64,000 nucleotides of DNA from Eledone cirrhosa (taxonomy: Eukaryota): the NCBI GenBank assembly GCA_964016885.1, contig OZ024740.1, forward strand, positions 413,602,001 through 413,666,000. The letters are read 5' to 3'. This document shows, one piece after another, positions 12,781 to 26,065 of the stretch. Each line of letters opens with the position of its first letter. Position 1 is the stretch's first letter. A program made the position numbers and the translations under genes. The notes under the pieces are model-generated. The model worked only from the letters and a program-made list of their open reading frames with translations, ran no database searches and was not told where the DNA came from.

Positions 12781-15700
12781 GGGTCTACTAGATTCATTGT
12801 GGGTAAAAAACGTTGCTATAAGCTTTTCTGGGTGGGGAATGACAATGGGATAGGTGGGGTAGGAATCATGTTAGCAGAAAAATGGGTGGATAAGATAATA
12901 GATGTAAATAGAGTGAATGACAGAATAATTAAAATAAGACTTGTTCTAAACAGAACTACTGTGACAGTAATATCTGCATACGCGCTCCAATCCGGACTGC
13001 CTGGCGCTATAAAAGACAGATTCTATGAGACACTGATGCTCACTACCTCCCAAATAACCGACAGTGACTATATAATTATTGCTGGCGACCTAAATGGTCA
13101 CGTTGGACAACATTGTGACGGCTATGACGGAATCCACGGAGGGTATGGGTTTGGTACTAGAAACGAGGAAGGCTCCAGAATCCTGGAATTCTGTGATGCA
13201 AACAACCTAACTATCTGTAACACTAACTTCAAAAAACGAGACAATCACTTGATCACCTACAGATCAGAGGAACATACCAGCCAGGTAGATTATATCCTTA
13301 CGAGAAGACGTGACAGAGTGTCTGTTGTAAACACTAAATCCCTCCCCATGAAGAATGCACCTCCCAACATAGACTGATAATTAGCGACCTCATAGTCAGG
13401 ACAAGACGTACTAGACAGCAGAAGAGGACTATCCTCGGGAGAAAAATATAGAAGCTAAAGGATCCCACAGCCAGAAATAAATTTCAAAACATATTACTTG
13501 ATGCTTTCGACAGTAAGGAAGAGCAATTAGAGTCGTACAAGGTAGAGGAACAGTGGGAATTCCTGAAAGCAAACCTGCTGATGGCGGCAGACGAAGTCTG
13601 TGGCTGGAGCAGGCCTGTAGGCAGGAGGAGAGTAACATGGTGGTGGAACAGTAAGGTGGAGGGGTCAATCAAGGCCAAAAAGCAGGCTTGGAAAGCATGG
13701 CGGGATGGGGGAAGTAGAGAAGACTATCAAGTGGCCAGGAGGGAAGCTAGGAGACAAGTGTACTTCGCAAGAAGGGAAGCAGAGGAAAGAAAGTTCAAGC
13801 ATGTTCTACAACGTGAGGACCAAAAACGTGAGGTGTTCAGGATTGCTAGGCAATGTGTCAAGGAAAACCGTGATATTGTCGGGGAGAAGTGTGTACTTAA
13901 CGATGATGGCGTACTTGCCATCACTGACGCTGATAAGAAGGTAGCTTGGAAGTGTCACTACGAAAGGCTACTAAATGAGGAGAATAAATGGGAGAAAGAC
14001 AGTCTCCCCCACATCGACCCAATAGAGAGACCAGCAGTGTTAGTCGAAGGTAGTATAATAAGTAAGGCAATCAAAGATATGAAGACGGGTAAGGCGGCTG
14101 GGCCTTCGGAAATAGTTGCTGAGATGCTGAAAGCCTCCGGTACGGTGGGACACACCATGGTCACCCGGATAGTAAACCAAGTCATACAGAATGGGGTTGT
14201 TCCGAAGGACTGGCGTAGCAGCATCATCGTTAACTGTTACAAGGGTAAAGGAGACGCCCTAGATAGGAGTAACTATAGAGGCATTAAATTAATCGACCAG
14301 GTCATGAAGGTCACGGAAAAAATAATAGCGCAACTAATCAGAGAGAGAATTGATCTAGATGAAATGCAGTTCGGGTTTGAGTCAGGCAAAAGTACCACAG
14401 ACGCTCTTTTCATTGTACGACAACTACAGAAGCACCTAGCTAAAAGTAAACCCCTATACTTAGCTTTTGTCGACTTGGAGAAAGCCTTCGACAGAGTCCC
14501 CCGTTCCATTATCTGGTGGGCTCTTAGAAAACTAGGTGTTGACGAATGGCTTGTGAGAGCCATACAAGCCATGTATAAAGAAACAGTCAGCAAGGTTAGA
14601 ATTAACAACGAATATAGTGAAGAGTTTAGCGTAAAAGTTGGTGTCGATCAGGGCTCTGTTCTTAGCCCCCTACTATTTATTATTGCCCTTCAGGCTATAA
14701 CAGAGGAGTTCAAGACCGGTTGCCTATGGGAACTCCTATACGCAGATGATCTAACGCTCATAGCTGAATCAATGGCCGAGCTAGAGAAGAAATTCCAAAC
14801 ATGGAGGCACGGCCTAGAATCAAAAGGCCTTAAAATTAACCTGGCTAAGACTAAAGTTCTAGTTTGTAGGAAAGAAAATAAGGCGCCGGTCCCCTCCGGG
14901 AAATGGCCATACTCAGTGTGTAGGAAAGGCGTAGGTAGAAACTCCCTTTTATGTCCCAAATGCAAAGTATGGGTGCATAAAAGATGTAGTGGGATCACAG
15001 GTAAGCTAACTAAGAACACATATTTTACATGTGGCCGGTGCTCTTGTGCAATAAGTAGCAGCAAGTGGCCACAAAATACTAACTCTTTCAATTGCGCAGA
15101 GGGTTCTATAGAAATAGTGGACAGCTTCCGTTACCTGGGTGACAAAATCAGCAGTGGGGGAGGGTGCTCTGAAAGTACAGTAGCTAGAGTCAGAACTGGA
15201 TGGAAAAAGTTCAGAGAGATATACCACTATTAGCCACTAAAGGGTTCTCACTAAAAATGAAAGGCAGGTTGTATGATGCCTGCATACGAACAGAAAATAT
15301 TGCATGGCAGTGAGACCTGGGCATTGTGTGCAGAGGATATACGCAGACTAGAGAGGAATGAAGCTTGCATGCTTCGCTGGATGTGTAATAGTAACATACG
15401 TGAACGGCAAAGCATAAGCGAACTAAGGAAAAAATTAGAAATAAGAGGGATCAGATGTTGTTTACTCGAGAGAAGGCTACGTTGGTATGGTCACGTGATG
15501 CGCATGAAAGACGACAGCTGTATAACAAAGTGCAGGGCAATAAATATAGACGGTAGCTACGGAGTAGGCAGACCCAGAAAAACCTGGGACGAGCTGATAT
15601 ATTCCGACCTCACAGACTTACACCTCTCCAAAACAATGTCACTGGACCGAGACCTTTGGCGGTACTCAGTAATAGAGAAGACCCGCCTTACCTAAATACA

Positions 15701-16202
15701 AAGTAAAACCTACTACAGACAGTAGGCATCTCTAACAAAATACACCCCCGTCCCACCACCCCACATCATCCACACCGCCCCTTTCAATGTAAAGTTATGT
15801 TGGTGCCCCAACATCCAGGCCGAAACAAATGAGATCGTGTAGCTGTCACGACAAAAAAACACACAGTCCCCGCTGTAATGTGGCCGTGTAGGCAACACGG
15901 TAAAAACCTCCCAACCCCACACTGTAAATGTGGTTGGTGTTAGGAAGGGCATCCAGCTGTAGAAAACCCGCCAGACAGTCCACGCTGTAATGTGGCCGTG
16001 TAGGCAACACGGTAAAAGCTCCCAGCCCCACACTGTAAATGTGGTTGGTGTTAGGAAGGGCATCCAGCTGTAGAAAACCCGCCAGACAGTCCTATGCGAG
16101 CAAGACAATCACTCTTGCCTCAAGAGGGAAAACCCCCGTCCAAACCCATGCAAGCGTGGAACACGGACGTTAAACGTTGATGATGATGATGATGATGATG
16201 AT
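12778..16202 (+). mobile_element. RTE-clade LINE, 5'-truncated and frameshifted (APE + RT)
   Basis: APE motifs GDLNGH and SQVDYIL (to 13377); RT QFGF, FVDLEKAFDRV, QGSVLSP, YADD (13581-15233); C-terminal RRLRWYGHV (15273-15695); (TGA)n tail; (TA)n on both flanks. Confidence 0.92.
15871..16091. repeat. 112-bp tandem duplication in the RTE 3' UTR
   Basis: CGCTGTAATGTGGCCGTGTAGG..CCAGACAGTCC at 15871 and 15983. Confidence 0.9.
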
Positions 16203-16205
16203 ATA

Positions 16206-16276
<71 letters not shown>

Positions 16277-16290
16277 ATATATATATATAT

Positions 16291-18535
16291 AGAGAAAAAG
16301 AGATGAAATCGAAAATGCAACTGGAGTCTTGTTTTTTTAAAAAATATATATATTTATTTGGTTCCTTTACCGCTTTCGCAGTTCTTCTGCTTTTCAAAAG
16401 GTGAGTTGAGGTGGAGGGTCTGTGGTTTTTCTCACATCTGGTTGGTCTCTGAATGTTACTTGTTTTATATGGAAAAAGTGGCTCGAAATGCCAGGTTTTT
16501 CGAGAAGTAATTTGATTGGTTTGTCAATAATTATAATAAATTTCGCGCCAGTTCGCGTTACAATAGTTCTTCAAATAAGAGGGGGGTTGTCAAAGGTTGT
16601 TTTTTTCATATATGAGTGTTTGAATTTCTTCTTACTTGAAAAAAGGGGCTCACGAAGGCTTTTTTTTGGTTGGTTATAAATGAAATTATTGCTGTCACGT
16701 GAACAAGTTTTCATTAAATTTTCGTGCCCTTATTTGGAAATCCATTCTGTAGCCTTTTTAGAGAATTTTATAAATGAAAGATAATGGTCAAGAGAAAGGG
16801 ATGGGAGAATTATTCTGGTTCAGTGAATATGGTTAGTTCGCTGGGGTGTCAGAATGCAGATTTTCTATTGAATAAAGAAAGTAAAGATATGTATGTTTAT
16901 TTGCGTGCTTGTGTGTGTGTGCGTGTGTGTGTGTGTGTTGTGTGTGTGTGTTTGAATTTCTTTACTTTTGTTAAGTAGGTTACGGTTGGAGAAGATAATA
17001 TTGTGTGTCTCTAGTATACAGAGGTTACAAAATTTATTAGGTGGTTTGTACGAGGTCGCGCTGCCTATCACTTCCCATTTGAGTGTGTATGGTTTATTTT
17101 TAGATTTTAGATAGTGTATGTAGCTAGTAAGTGAGGTGGAGTTTGCTAGGCTGTGCTTTTTGAACGAGTGGATGTGCGAATTATATCTGATTTTGAAGCA
17201 GTTAGAAGTGGAGCCTACATAGGTTTCTGAAGAGTTGTTAGTCGTGACGGTGCATGAGTATATGATATCCTTGGTTAGGCATTTTTTATCTAAAGGGCAG
17301 GTTCTATTAGCTCTACAGTTACAATTATCCTGTGCGTTAGTCCGCTGGTTATAATGCAGTGCGGAAGTCTGTGTGGTAGCTATAGGATTTTGGGCGTTCG
17401 GGTTGACAACCCTGGTGTTATTACTTATACTTGTGTTATTTCTATTGTTACTGCCGTTGCTATGGTTGCTTGCTACAGTGGTATTTAGAGGGTTTGCATC
17501 CCGTTGTGATTTTGTTTGTTGGAAGTAAGAACTAATTTTACTATTATTGCTGCTAGCTATGTGGTATGCTAAGTTAGGCGTCGTAGAGTATGAGATTTTA
17601 ATGGTGTTTTTGTTTAAGAGGTTGTGGTACTTGTGTCCTAGAGGGAAGTTTTTATCTAGTAGTGAGAAGAAAGCCCTAGGTATGTTGGTGGAGACATTTA
17701 GGTTGAAAGGAGGGTTGAAAAATGTATTATTTCTTCTTCTATTTTTGCTTTTAGTGTTTGGTGTGTTGCTTCCTCCTAAGGCACCACAGTAGTTTCCATG
17801 ATAATGGTTACTTCCGGTGGCACCCTCCGCTTTGGTGTACTTGTGGTTGCTATTCCTATTATTAGGTTTCCTCATGGACATGTTGTGCGAGATGATGTTG
17901 TAGCTATGTGTTTTCTTAGGTAGGAACTCAATTTCTATATTATGGCCGGAACTAGCTAATGCTTGATTATAATATTGTGAGTTTTTGCTAAATATGTTTG
18001 CGTCATAGGACAGACTAGAGATTCTATTGGACACCCCCTTAGAGATAGAGTTTAATATTGATCTAGGGTGATTAGACTTGGTATCTACGTAAATAAGTTT
18101 CTCGTTCGGCTTATGGAAAGGTGTATATATTTTTGAGTCTAGGTATAGTGTGGCGTCTAGGAAGTTAACATTTTTAGTGTTTTTGTCCATGGTGATACTA
18201 AGGTTAAAGTTTTTGAATGTCTTATGCAATTGTTTTCTAGTTCTTTCTATATTAAATTTTTTATATTCTATAAGTAGAAGTGCATCATCGCGGTACAAAC
18301 CACCGTTGAGGTAAGGGAGGTCCTTATGGATTTCATTGAGGAGGTATAGGCCGACCAAATCAGTGACCTGCGCCGAGTCACTAGATCCCATGGTTATGTC
18401 GAAGTTGTTGTGCGTATCCTTGCGTGTCCATAGTTGGTCCTCGAAGGTGATTACGGTTTTACGGGCCGCAAGGATGACATCAACCTGGGCTCTAGTCAGG
18501 TTGCTATTGCTCATGGCCATGATAAGTGCCTTATT
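16291..18535 (-). mobile_element. Penelope-like element (Naiad-type), 5'-truncated: RT C-half, GIY-YIG and 3' pLTR
   Basis: [52 protein letters not shown]; HHR in the 3' non-coding end; (TA)n flanks. Naiad assignment is inferred from motif pattern. Confidence 0.9.
16364..16401 (-). ncRNA. Minimal HHR with U3-A8 variant core
   Basis: CCUU UUGAAAA GCAG AAGAA CUGC GAAA GCGG UA AAGG; one stem-III mismatch. Confidence 0.6.
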
Positions 18536-18944
18536 TAATATATATATATACATATATGTGTGCATATGTATATATATATATGCATACATATATATACATA
18601 TATGTGTGTATATGTATATATATATGCATATATATATGCACACACGTATATATATATATATATATACATGTAATCGGTGGGGGCAATGTGTAGCCAAATA
18701 CACGTGTACATCTTATTTGGTAATTTAATAATGAAAATATCGATAAACGGAGAGAGAACGTGTGTGTGGAGGGGGGAGGAGAATGGCGGAGAGGTGTACA
18801 AGGAAAATGTTTATGAAAAAATGAAATTTTCAGTTTACACATCCATAGCTTTAGCTGTTTGTCCTTACCCACCACGAGGTATATCACATGAGGTATCTTG
18901 GGTGTTTTAATTCTTCTTGTGGCCAGAAGAGTGCAAAATACAAA

Positions 18945-19660
18945 GCCTGGCTAGATGTGGTCAGAGCCCCAGCTGAACACATTGCTGTACTTTCTCATTA
19001 ACCTCTACCAAGTCCAGGTGTTTCGTAGTCTCTGGTTCGATGCTGCAGTCACACACAACGTCCCCATCCTTTAAATATCCCCATTTTGCCAGATTGACTT
19101 TTGTACGTACAGTACAGTAATTAGTATTAGTGGCTATCAGGCATAGTGTATCTAGGACTACATTATCTAATGCACAGTAGTTGTTCTTGTTGTGTCCACA
19201 AGAGTATCAGTTACGAAGCTTGGCTAGATGTGGTCACGCCCCCAGCTGAACACATTGCTGTCCTTTCTCATTAACCTCTACCCAGTCCAATACTGTGCAG
19301 GGGTGTTCCAGCAGGGGGCATATCGGGAGGTGCTGCATAGTCTGTGGTTCGATGCTGCAGTCACATACAACATCCCCATCTTTTAAATATCCCCATTTTG
19401 CAAGATTGACTTTGGCATGTCCAACACCAGATTTTAGTCTGTTTAGGCATTTCCACACTGCATAGCTTTTATTTGCTCTGGGGCAGTGCCTCGCTCACCT
19501 TTAGCTCCATTGTCGTTACAGATGGGAGGTTGTTAAGTTTTTCTTTCCAGGGTAATTTGAGCATGAATTGATCGGTTGGATAGTGTTGTGCAGAGGAAAC
19601 ACCTTCCTTAGACAGATGAAAAATGATTTATTCTAGTAACGCTGCTGAGCAGTAGGACCG
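18945..19660 (-). mobile_element. I/Ingi-group (Vingi-like) non-LTR 3' fragment, partly duplicated
   Basis: WKCLNRLKSGVG..LAKWGY..CDCSIEPQTMQHLPICP zinc knuckle; 18945-19105 duplicates part of 19218-19412. Confidence 0.65.
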
Positions 19661-19989
19661 GGCTGTACATATATGGATGATCTGACGGTCAGAGAGGGGT
19701 CGCGAGGACTGCGGATTGACCTCTGGCCGGCCTGGGGATGATTATCTTTCGACATCCAATGTAGCAAGCGATGACCCAGATCTTACCAGAGATCATTGGG
19801 TCCTGAAGCAATCCTGCAATCACCGCGCCTGGTCCTATGAGTAGACTACAACCACAGAGATCATTAATTTAGAACCCTCGCTCATCATCTATAATTTCCA
19901 TTTGTGGCACCTTACGATGGGTTAATCCACCATAATAATATGATCACCTTCAGCATAACTTAATTAAACTACTCTATAATTAATACACT

Positions 19990-20836
19990 TTATGCTTTAA
20001 ATATTTCTCTTGGAGGATGCGCATCACCATAGAAATTAGGGTCTATATTGGGACACATTTTAATAGCTAGGTATAGAAACCCCAGAGTTACCTCCCCGCA
20101 TGCATTAACTCCCCTTAGCCACACACACTTCCGGGTGGTATTCAATGGCTTTTCTCGAAATGTAACAGCCTCCTGTATTGAACTAAAGGACACCAGACTA
20201 CGATCTCTAACTGGATTGTCGTGGATTATGTGAAAGGCATATAATCGAAAAATACACTCCATGAAAATGCCGAAGTACATGAAATACTTGACATCCCTTC
20301 GCTGTGCATCTCCAATACTTTTAACACTTTTAATGCTTGCACTATTTTTAATGCTTATAATATTTCTCCACAGACAGACTGTATCAATCATATAAAGAAT
20401 TCGCCACCAGATCTACCAATCTAACACTCTTGTTTACCTACCTAAGTGCCTCTACCACACATATCTCTCTTCCACACTATATAAACAAGACGCACACGCG
20501 TGCCACACATATAACATTTGCACTATATAACCGCTTATCTCCTTGTTGTATTTTAACCTGTATTTTTGATTTTTTATTGTACCTCTTAATATAAATGTAA
20601 TCTCGAAGTGTGTACTGCCACTCTAAATTCTGTAATGAATGTTGACCCACAATGTTTGAATATGTATCAATGTTTGAATATGTATCAATGTTTGAATATG
20701 TATCGGTATGTCTCACGGCTGAAAAGGAGGTCATATAACTGTCCATGCATTAATAAATTGCTCCGAAGAAACCAAACCTCGGTTTGGAGGAAACAGCTGT
20801 AAGCACAATAATGTTTTGAACATTTCTTTGATTCTT
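19990..20836 (+). mobile_element. Decayed PLE 3' fragment with degenerate HHR (20759-20805)
   Basis: UGCU CCGAAGA AACCAAACC UC GGUUUGGAG GAAA CAGCUG UA AGCA shortly before (TA)n; upstream coding signal is weak. Confidence 0.5.
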
Positions 20837-20904
20837 ATATATTTCATATATATATATATATATATTCCACACATATATACATATATATATATATATATAT
20901 ATTC

Positions 20905-20966
<62 letters not shown>

Positions 20967-20968
<2 letters not shown>

Positions 20969-21102
20969 GGTAACACAACAGTTAGTTCACCATACCGCGA
21001 ACAATTGTTTAACCTTAGCAGATCTTCAGCTCGTACGTGCTGAAGATCCGTTAAGGTGCAACAATTGTTCTCGGTATGGTGAACTAACTGTTGTGTTACC
21101 AC
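20967..21102. mobile_element. 136-bp fold-back mini-element made of two head-to-head HHRs
   Basis: Near-perfect palindrome centred at about 21034; each arm reads CUGAAGA UC(C/U)..GGU (GCAA or UAAA) CAAUUG UU. Confidence 0.75.
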
Positions 21103-21236
21103 ATCTAACTAACTCGTCCCATGGACTGAGTGATCTACCACTACGGATATTACCTTACAGTATTCTACCTCTCTCTATATATATATATTACGAATATTAC
21201 CTTCCAGTGTTCTACCTCTCTCTCTTTATATATATA

Positions 21237-22152
21237 CTAGCAGTAAAGCCCGGCGTTGCTCGGGGTCGCTCAGTAGCTGTGTTAAAGTTACAATGTTAAG
21301 TTTCTTTCTTGGCTTAAAAACTGTAGTGTCTACTGTGCAGACTTGCATGTGGTGTTTTTGATTAATATTCCCTCAACCAACAATATGCCTTATGAAGTTA
21401 AGAAAACATAACGATAACCCGAATGTTATAACAAAAGAGGATGCTGGGGATAGAAACTGCACTGGTTATTTATTAACAAAGATCGAAAATGTAAACACTG
21501 CAACGCAGAGAAAAACATTAGCGTAACCAAATTATCAGTTATGTCTGTCTGAACGCCTATATCACCTCTCTGCACGACTGTCTGTCTGCACGCCTATATC
21601 ACCTCTCTGCACGACTGTCTGTCTGCACGCCTATATCACCTCTCTGCACGACTGTCTGTCTGCACGCCTATATCACCTTTCTGCACGACTGTCTGTCTGC
21701 ACGACTGTCTGTCTGCACGCCTAACGACGAAATATGTGCTTGTTTTACGTAGTCTTTAAATAGACTTGTTTTCAAGTAAAAATATTGTTTTAAAATGCTT
21801 TTAAATGGAAATGAAGCAAAACGGAAGCTTAGTGTTCGAACTGATGAATTTTGCAGGTCAATATTTTGCTGGCTCGACAACTGTTAAAGCCAGCGTAATT
21901 TTTTACGTAAGACGCTCAATGTAAACAGAACAAAGGGAAATAACTGATAACTTACGCTCAAAAATCGATACATTATATTCGATTTCGTCAGATAGGGTGG
22001 GTCAATTTGAAATTTCTTTTTTCCGATGTCTTCGCTAGGGCTCAATATACAAGTATAGCAATTTCGGTGCAATTCCGTGAGAGATTCTAAGAGGAGATGT
22101 GTGCCAAAAATCGATAGACAGACAGACAACCACAGTTTTATATATATATAGA
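21237..22152 (-). mobile_element. Non-autonomous Helitron with both ends
   Basis: Minus strand starts TCTATATATATATAAAA..GTCTGTCTG and ends CCCGAGCAACGCCGGG..CTAG; inserted between A and T; internal 37-bp minisatellite at 21542-21720. Confidence 0.85.
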
Positions 22153-23219
22153 TTACCGATATTACCTTCCAGTGTTCTACCTCTCTCTCTATATTTATAT
22201 ATATATATTTATATACTTGTGTATAAAGGTAGCTATGGTGATTCCATAGGCGGTATGCCAAAATTAGCACTCAATATTCATACATAGTAGAGAGTGGATA
22301 GTATAAAAACGAAAAATCCGTGATGCTTCTAGACTCAGTTTATTGCGTGTTACAATTGTTTTGCCGACAGGTAGCTCGAGACATGATCACTGCATGGATA
22401 TGGCTGATTCTACGGCTGCAGGTTCCCTCGGACACGGGTAGTTCGTTCGGAGCAAATTTTCTCACTGGGGTGTTATGGTCAAAAAAACACATTCAAAAAC
22501 TTCTTCCACTCTTGTCATGCCATTGGCTGTCGTTATTCCACATCATCTTAAATTCTGGTCATTATTTACTGCTACACGGATCATCAGCCATTTTCCGTCC
22601 GACACACTTCAATGGAGTCATGCTGAATTCGTTATTTCATATCTGTTCACATTCCAGAGTATGTACCCACATATACACACACACACACATACATACACAC
22701 ACACGGGCAGGCATAGACACATGCGCGCATACATACATGTACGCATACATGTGTAGACACACCTACCCCCATGCACATATATGTACACGCACACACTCTC
22801 CCTCTCTTCTACAAACCCATGCACACCCACTTCTATTTATATATATATATATGTTTATGTTTATAAGCGAGTACATGCGGTCGCTGCACCTTGCATTAAA
22901 AATATTCCTACTGCTATTAACTCGGATTAAAAGGCAACTACCAGCTGCCTTTAAATCCGAGTGGATCCCTATGTTAAAGTATATTTAGCTTTAGTTTGTT
23001 ATTTTCTAATATACAAGAGTGTGTTGTGTGTGCGTGTGTGCGTGTGTGTGCGCCTGCGCGTGTGTATGTGTGCGCGTGTGTGTGTATGTGCTATGTGTGT
23101 GCGTGTATGTATGTGTCTGTTTGGATGGTTAGCATGTTATGGTGTTAACATATTAACGTATATTAAACTATATTTAATGCTGATCTATATTTTTGAATAA
23201 ACATATTTTCCTTATTTAT

Positions 23220-23615
23220 TAACACACACACGAACTGGCGCGAAATTTGATGTACTTATTCACGTGACAGTCAGCAACCAACCAAATCACCCTTAAAAAA
23301 AAAAAACAATTTGAGCCACATTTTTAAACGCAAATACAATAAGAACTTTGTAACGCGAACTGGCGCAAAATGTATTGTACTTATTCACGTGACAGTTATC
23401 AACCAACCAAATTATTATTTTTTTTAAACCAAGCAATTCGAGACATAATTTTCCACATAAAACAGAAATAACTTTAGAAGTCAACCAAATGCGTGTAAAA
23501 GCACAAAGTCCTCACCTCATTCTACTTTTGAAAAGCATAAGAACTGTAAAGCGGTAAAGGAAACAAATAAATATTCTTAAAAAGACACCAGTTGCATTTT
23601 CAATTTCTTTTCCTT
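23220..23615 (+). mobile_element. Solo pLTR of the 16291 PLE family (decayed U3-A8 HHR at 23524-23560)
   Basis: Similar to the reverse complement of 16300-16700. Confidence 0.8.
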
Positions 23616-23647
23616 ATATATATATATTATCTGAGAACCCCATGGTC

Positions 23648-24289
23648 CTTAAAGCGTTGAAATATCCGAGGCCCCCATGTGACAAGTGACGAGGAAAGTT
23701 CCTGCTTTCTTCTTATTCTCATTCCATTTTTAAGCCTAACTTAACTAGCATCTATTCTCCATATATTTTATCATGTTTCGCTGTGACCCGTCTTCTCTCT
23801 CCCTCTACCTACCTATTTCGTTACTATCAACTCTTCCCCCTCTTTCTTCCTCTCCCTTTCTCCCTCTCACTTTCACTCACCCTCTCTCTTCCAGCCACAT
23901 CATTGGTTTTCTTCGCCTAACCTTCTAGAAGTCTTTTTCTCACTCACACTCACTTGGGTCAGTCGTCTTTTTCGTTCGATCTCACGCTCTTGGGCTTATG
24001 TTCAGTTACGGCTGTGATCTTGGATTCACACTTCAGTTGCTGCCCATTCTTCGGTTTGTTGTTTTTTTTCGCTGTTTTCTCTTTTCCCTTTTTCCCTTCT
24101 ATTTTCCTTCTCTCGTTCCTCCATTTTCCCAATAATTTACCCGGTTATTGAACGCCTTTAAAACGTTGAAATATCCGAGACCCCCAGGAGATGACAGACG
24201 AGGACACCCCACACCCCCCACACCCCAACACCCGTTCTTGCTTTCCTCTTACTCTCATTCCATTTTTAAGCCTAACTTAACTAGCATCT
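23648..24289. repeat. About 510-bp unit with about 110-bp terminal direct repeat between (TA)n tracts
   Basis: CGTTGAAATATCCGAG..TTTAAGCCTAACTTAACTAGCATCTA at about 23654-23753 and 24164-24289. Confidence 0.75.
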
Positions 24290-24325
24290 ACACAACCACC
24301 TTATTCTCATATATACATACATACA

Positions 24326-24406
<81 letters not shown>

Positions 24407-24689
24407 GTGTATGTATGTATGTATGTATGTTCTTCTAGTTTTATAATTTCACAAATTGTTTCCCAATAGAGAGAGAGTGACGGTTTCTAACATAGACACA
24501 AGACTCTCTCATTGGAATTTACACAACATTTTGAATTGTATGTGTGCATGTGTATATGCTTTGTATCTGTACATGTGTATATGCTTTGTATCTGTACATG
24601 TGTATATGCTTTGTATCTGTACATGTGTATATGCAGTTATTAGATGCAAAATTTTTGGAATGTTTTACATATTTTTACAGTTCCATTAA

Positions 24690-25945
24690 TGTATTGTACT
24701 TATAATTTCCTAACTAGCTGTGTTCTTTCTCTTCCTGTGAAGCCTAGCTTCTCAAGATTTATATTGAGGCAGTTACTAACATATCCCAGTGCCCCAATAA
24801 TCACAGGCATAAATCTGAAGGTGTAATCAGGGTGGAGTATCTGCAGATTTCACATTTAGTTCTGCAAAAATATTCTCCTTTTCGCTAATCTTTGATATTA
24901 TATCGGCATCTGCTGGGCAGCTAATTTCCACTACTGTGCATGCTTTCTTCTCCCTGTCCCATATCATATCTGCTCTCTTATGCTTGCATTTTATTGTGGT
25001 TTTCACTGGAACATTCCACCAGCACGCTTCCATACCATGTACATGGATATCTTCCACATTGCTGTAGCATTTAATGTGTTTATTATCGGGGCTATCTTTT
25101 TTTACGGATTGCATTGTACAGTGTTTTGTCCACTACATCATGCCTCATAGGTAGATAGTACAGCCATGAAATATTTGGACAGCTGCTGATAACATGGGTG
25201 ATATCTTCGATGTTAGTTCTTCAGAGTCTGCACTTGTTATCACATCTAGGTGTTTTTCCTGCATCCCTATCTCTTTTGTGAATCAGGTATTTCGTGTTAA
25301 TTTCCTGTTCATGGATTGCAAATGCGTATCCTTCAAAGTGGGAGCGAATATAGCGGTTGTTGGTCGAAGATAGACCACATTCCTTATCTATATTACTCTG
25401 ACTCTGGAGCTTCCTGGTAAAATATCCATGCATGAGTTTTTGCTGAGAAGCATGCAGTTTTTCATCCATGGATTCACTGCGATAGTGCTGAACGACTTCC
25501 CTGGATGTGAGATTTTGATTATCACACAGGGAATATCTCTCGAGGAGTTCCTTCCCAACTCTCATGATCTTATCTGTTTCATGCAGATAGACTTGCTCGA
25601 GAGACGGGCTCCTACGCTTCGAGGTTCGTAGATGTTATCGGAGGGATATAATGTGACATTCAAATGCTGTCTAGACTGATGTTAGGCCTCTGCCTCCCTG
25701 CTTACGTTTCAAATAAAGGCGGTCTATGTCACTGTTGATGTGGAAGTTTCCGGTGTTGTTTAGTATTTTTCGAGTTCCAACATCAACTGCTCGATTTTGT
25801 CTATAGTCCAATTGAGTATTCCAAACGTTGGTGTTACGACAGGCACAGCAAACATATAGTGAGCCACTGTTTTGTTTTGCACTGTTTTGTTTTGATGCTC
25901 GATGCGCCGAACTGCGTGGAAGTAACTAAGACTAAGACAAAGACA
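24690..25945 (-). mobile_element. R4/Dong-like RLE non-LTR retrotransposon, 3' fragment
   Basis: [16 protein letters not shown]; FAIHEQEINT..CRL*..EDITHVISSC; RHD; WWNVPV..RADMI..VEISCP. Confidence 0.8.
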
Positions 25946-25956
25946 TATATTTACAT

Positions 25957-26026
<70 letters not shown>

Positions 26027-26065
26027 GTATGTATACATATATATATATATATATATATTAGAAAG

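Noticed and set aside
16931-18530. Possible selenocysteine recoding, as known for some Naiad PLEs
   Set aside because: The reading frame is open with ordinary Cys codons; no in-frame UGA
22520-22592. Minus-strand CTGATGA TCC..GGA motif
   Set aside because: GAAA and the NUH site are not recognisable
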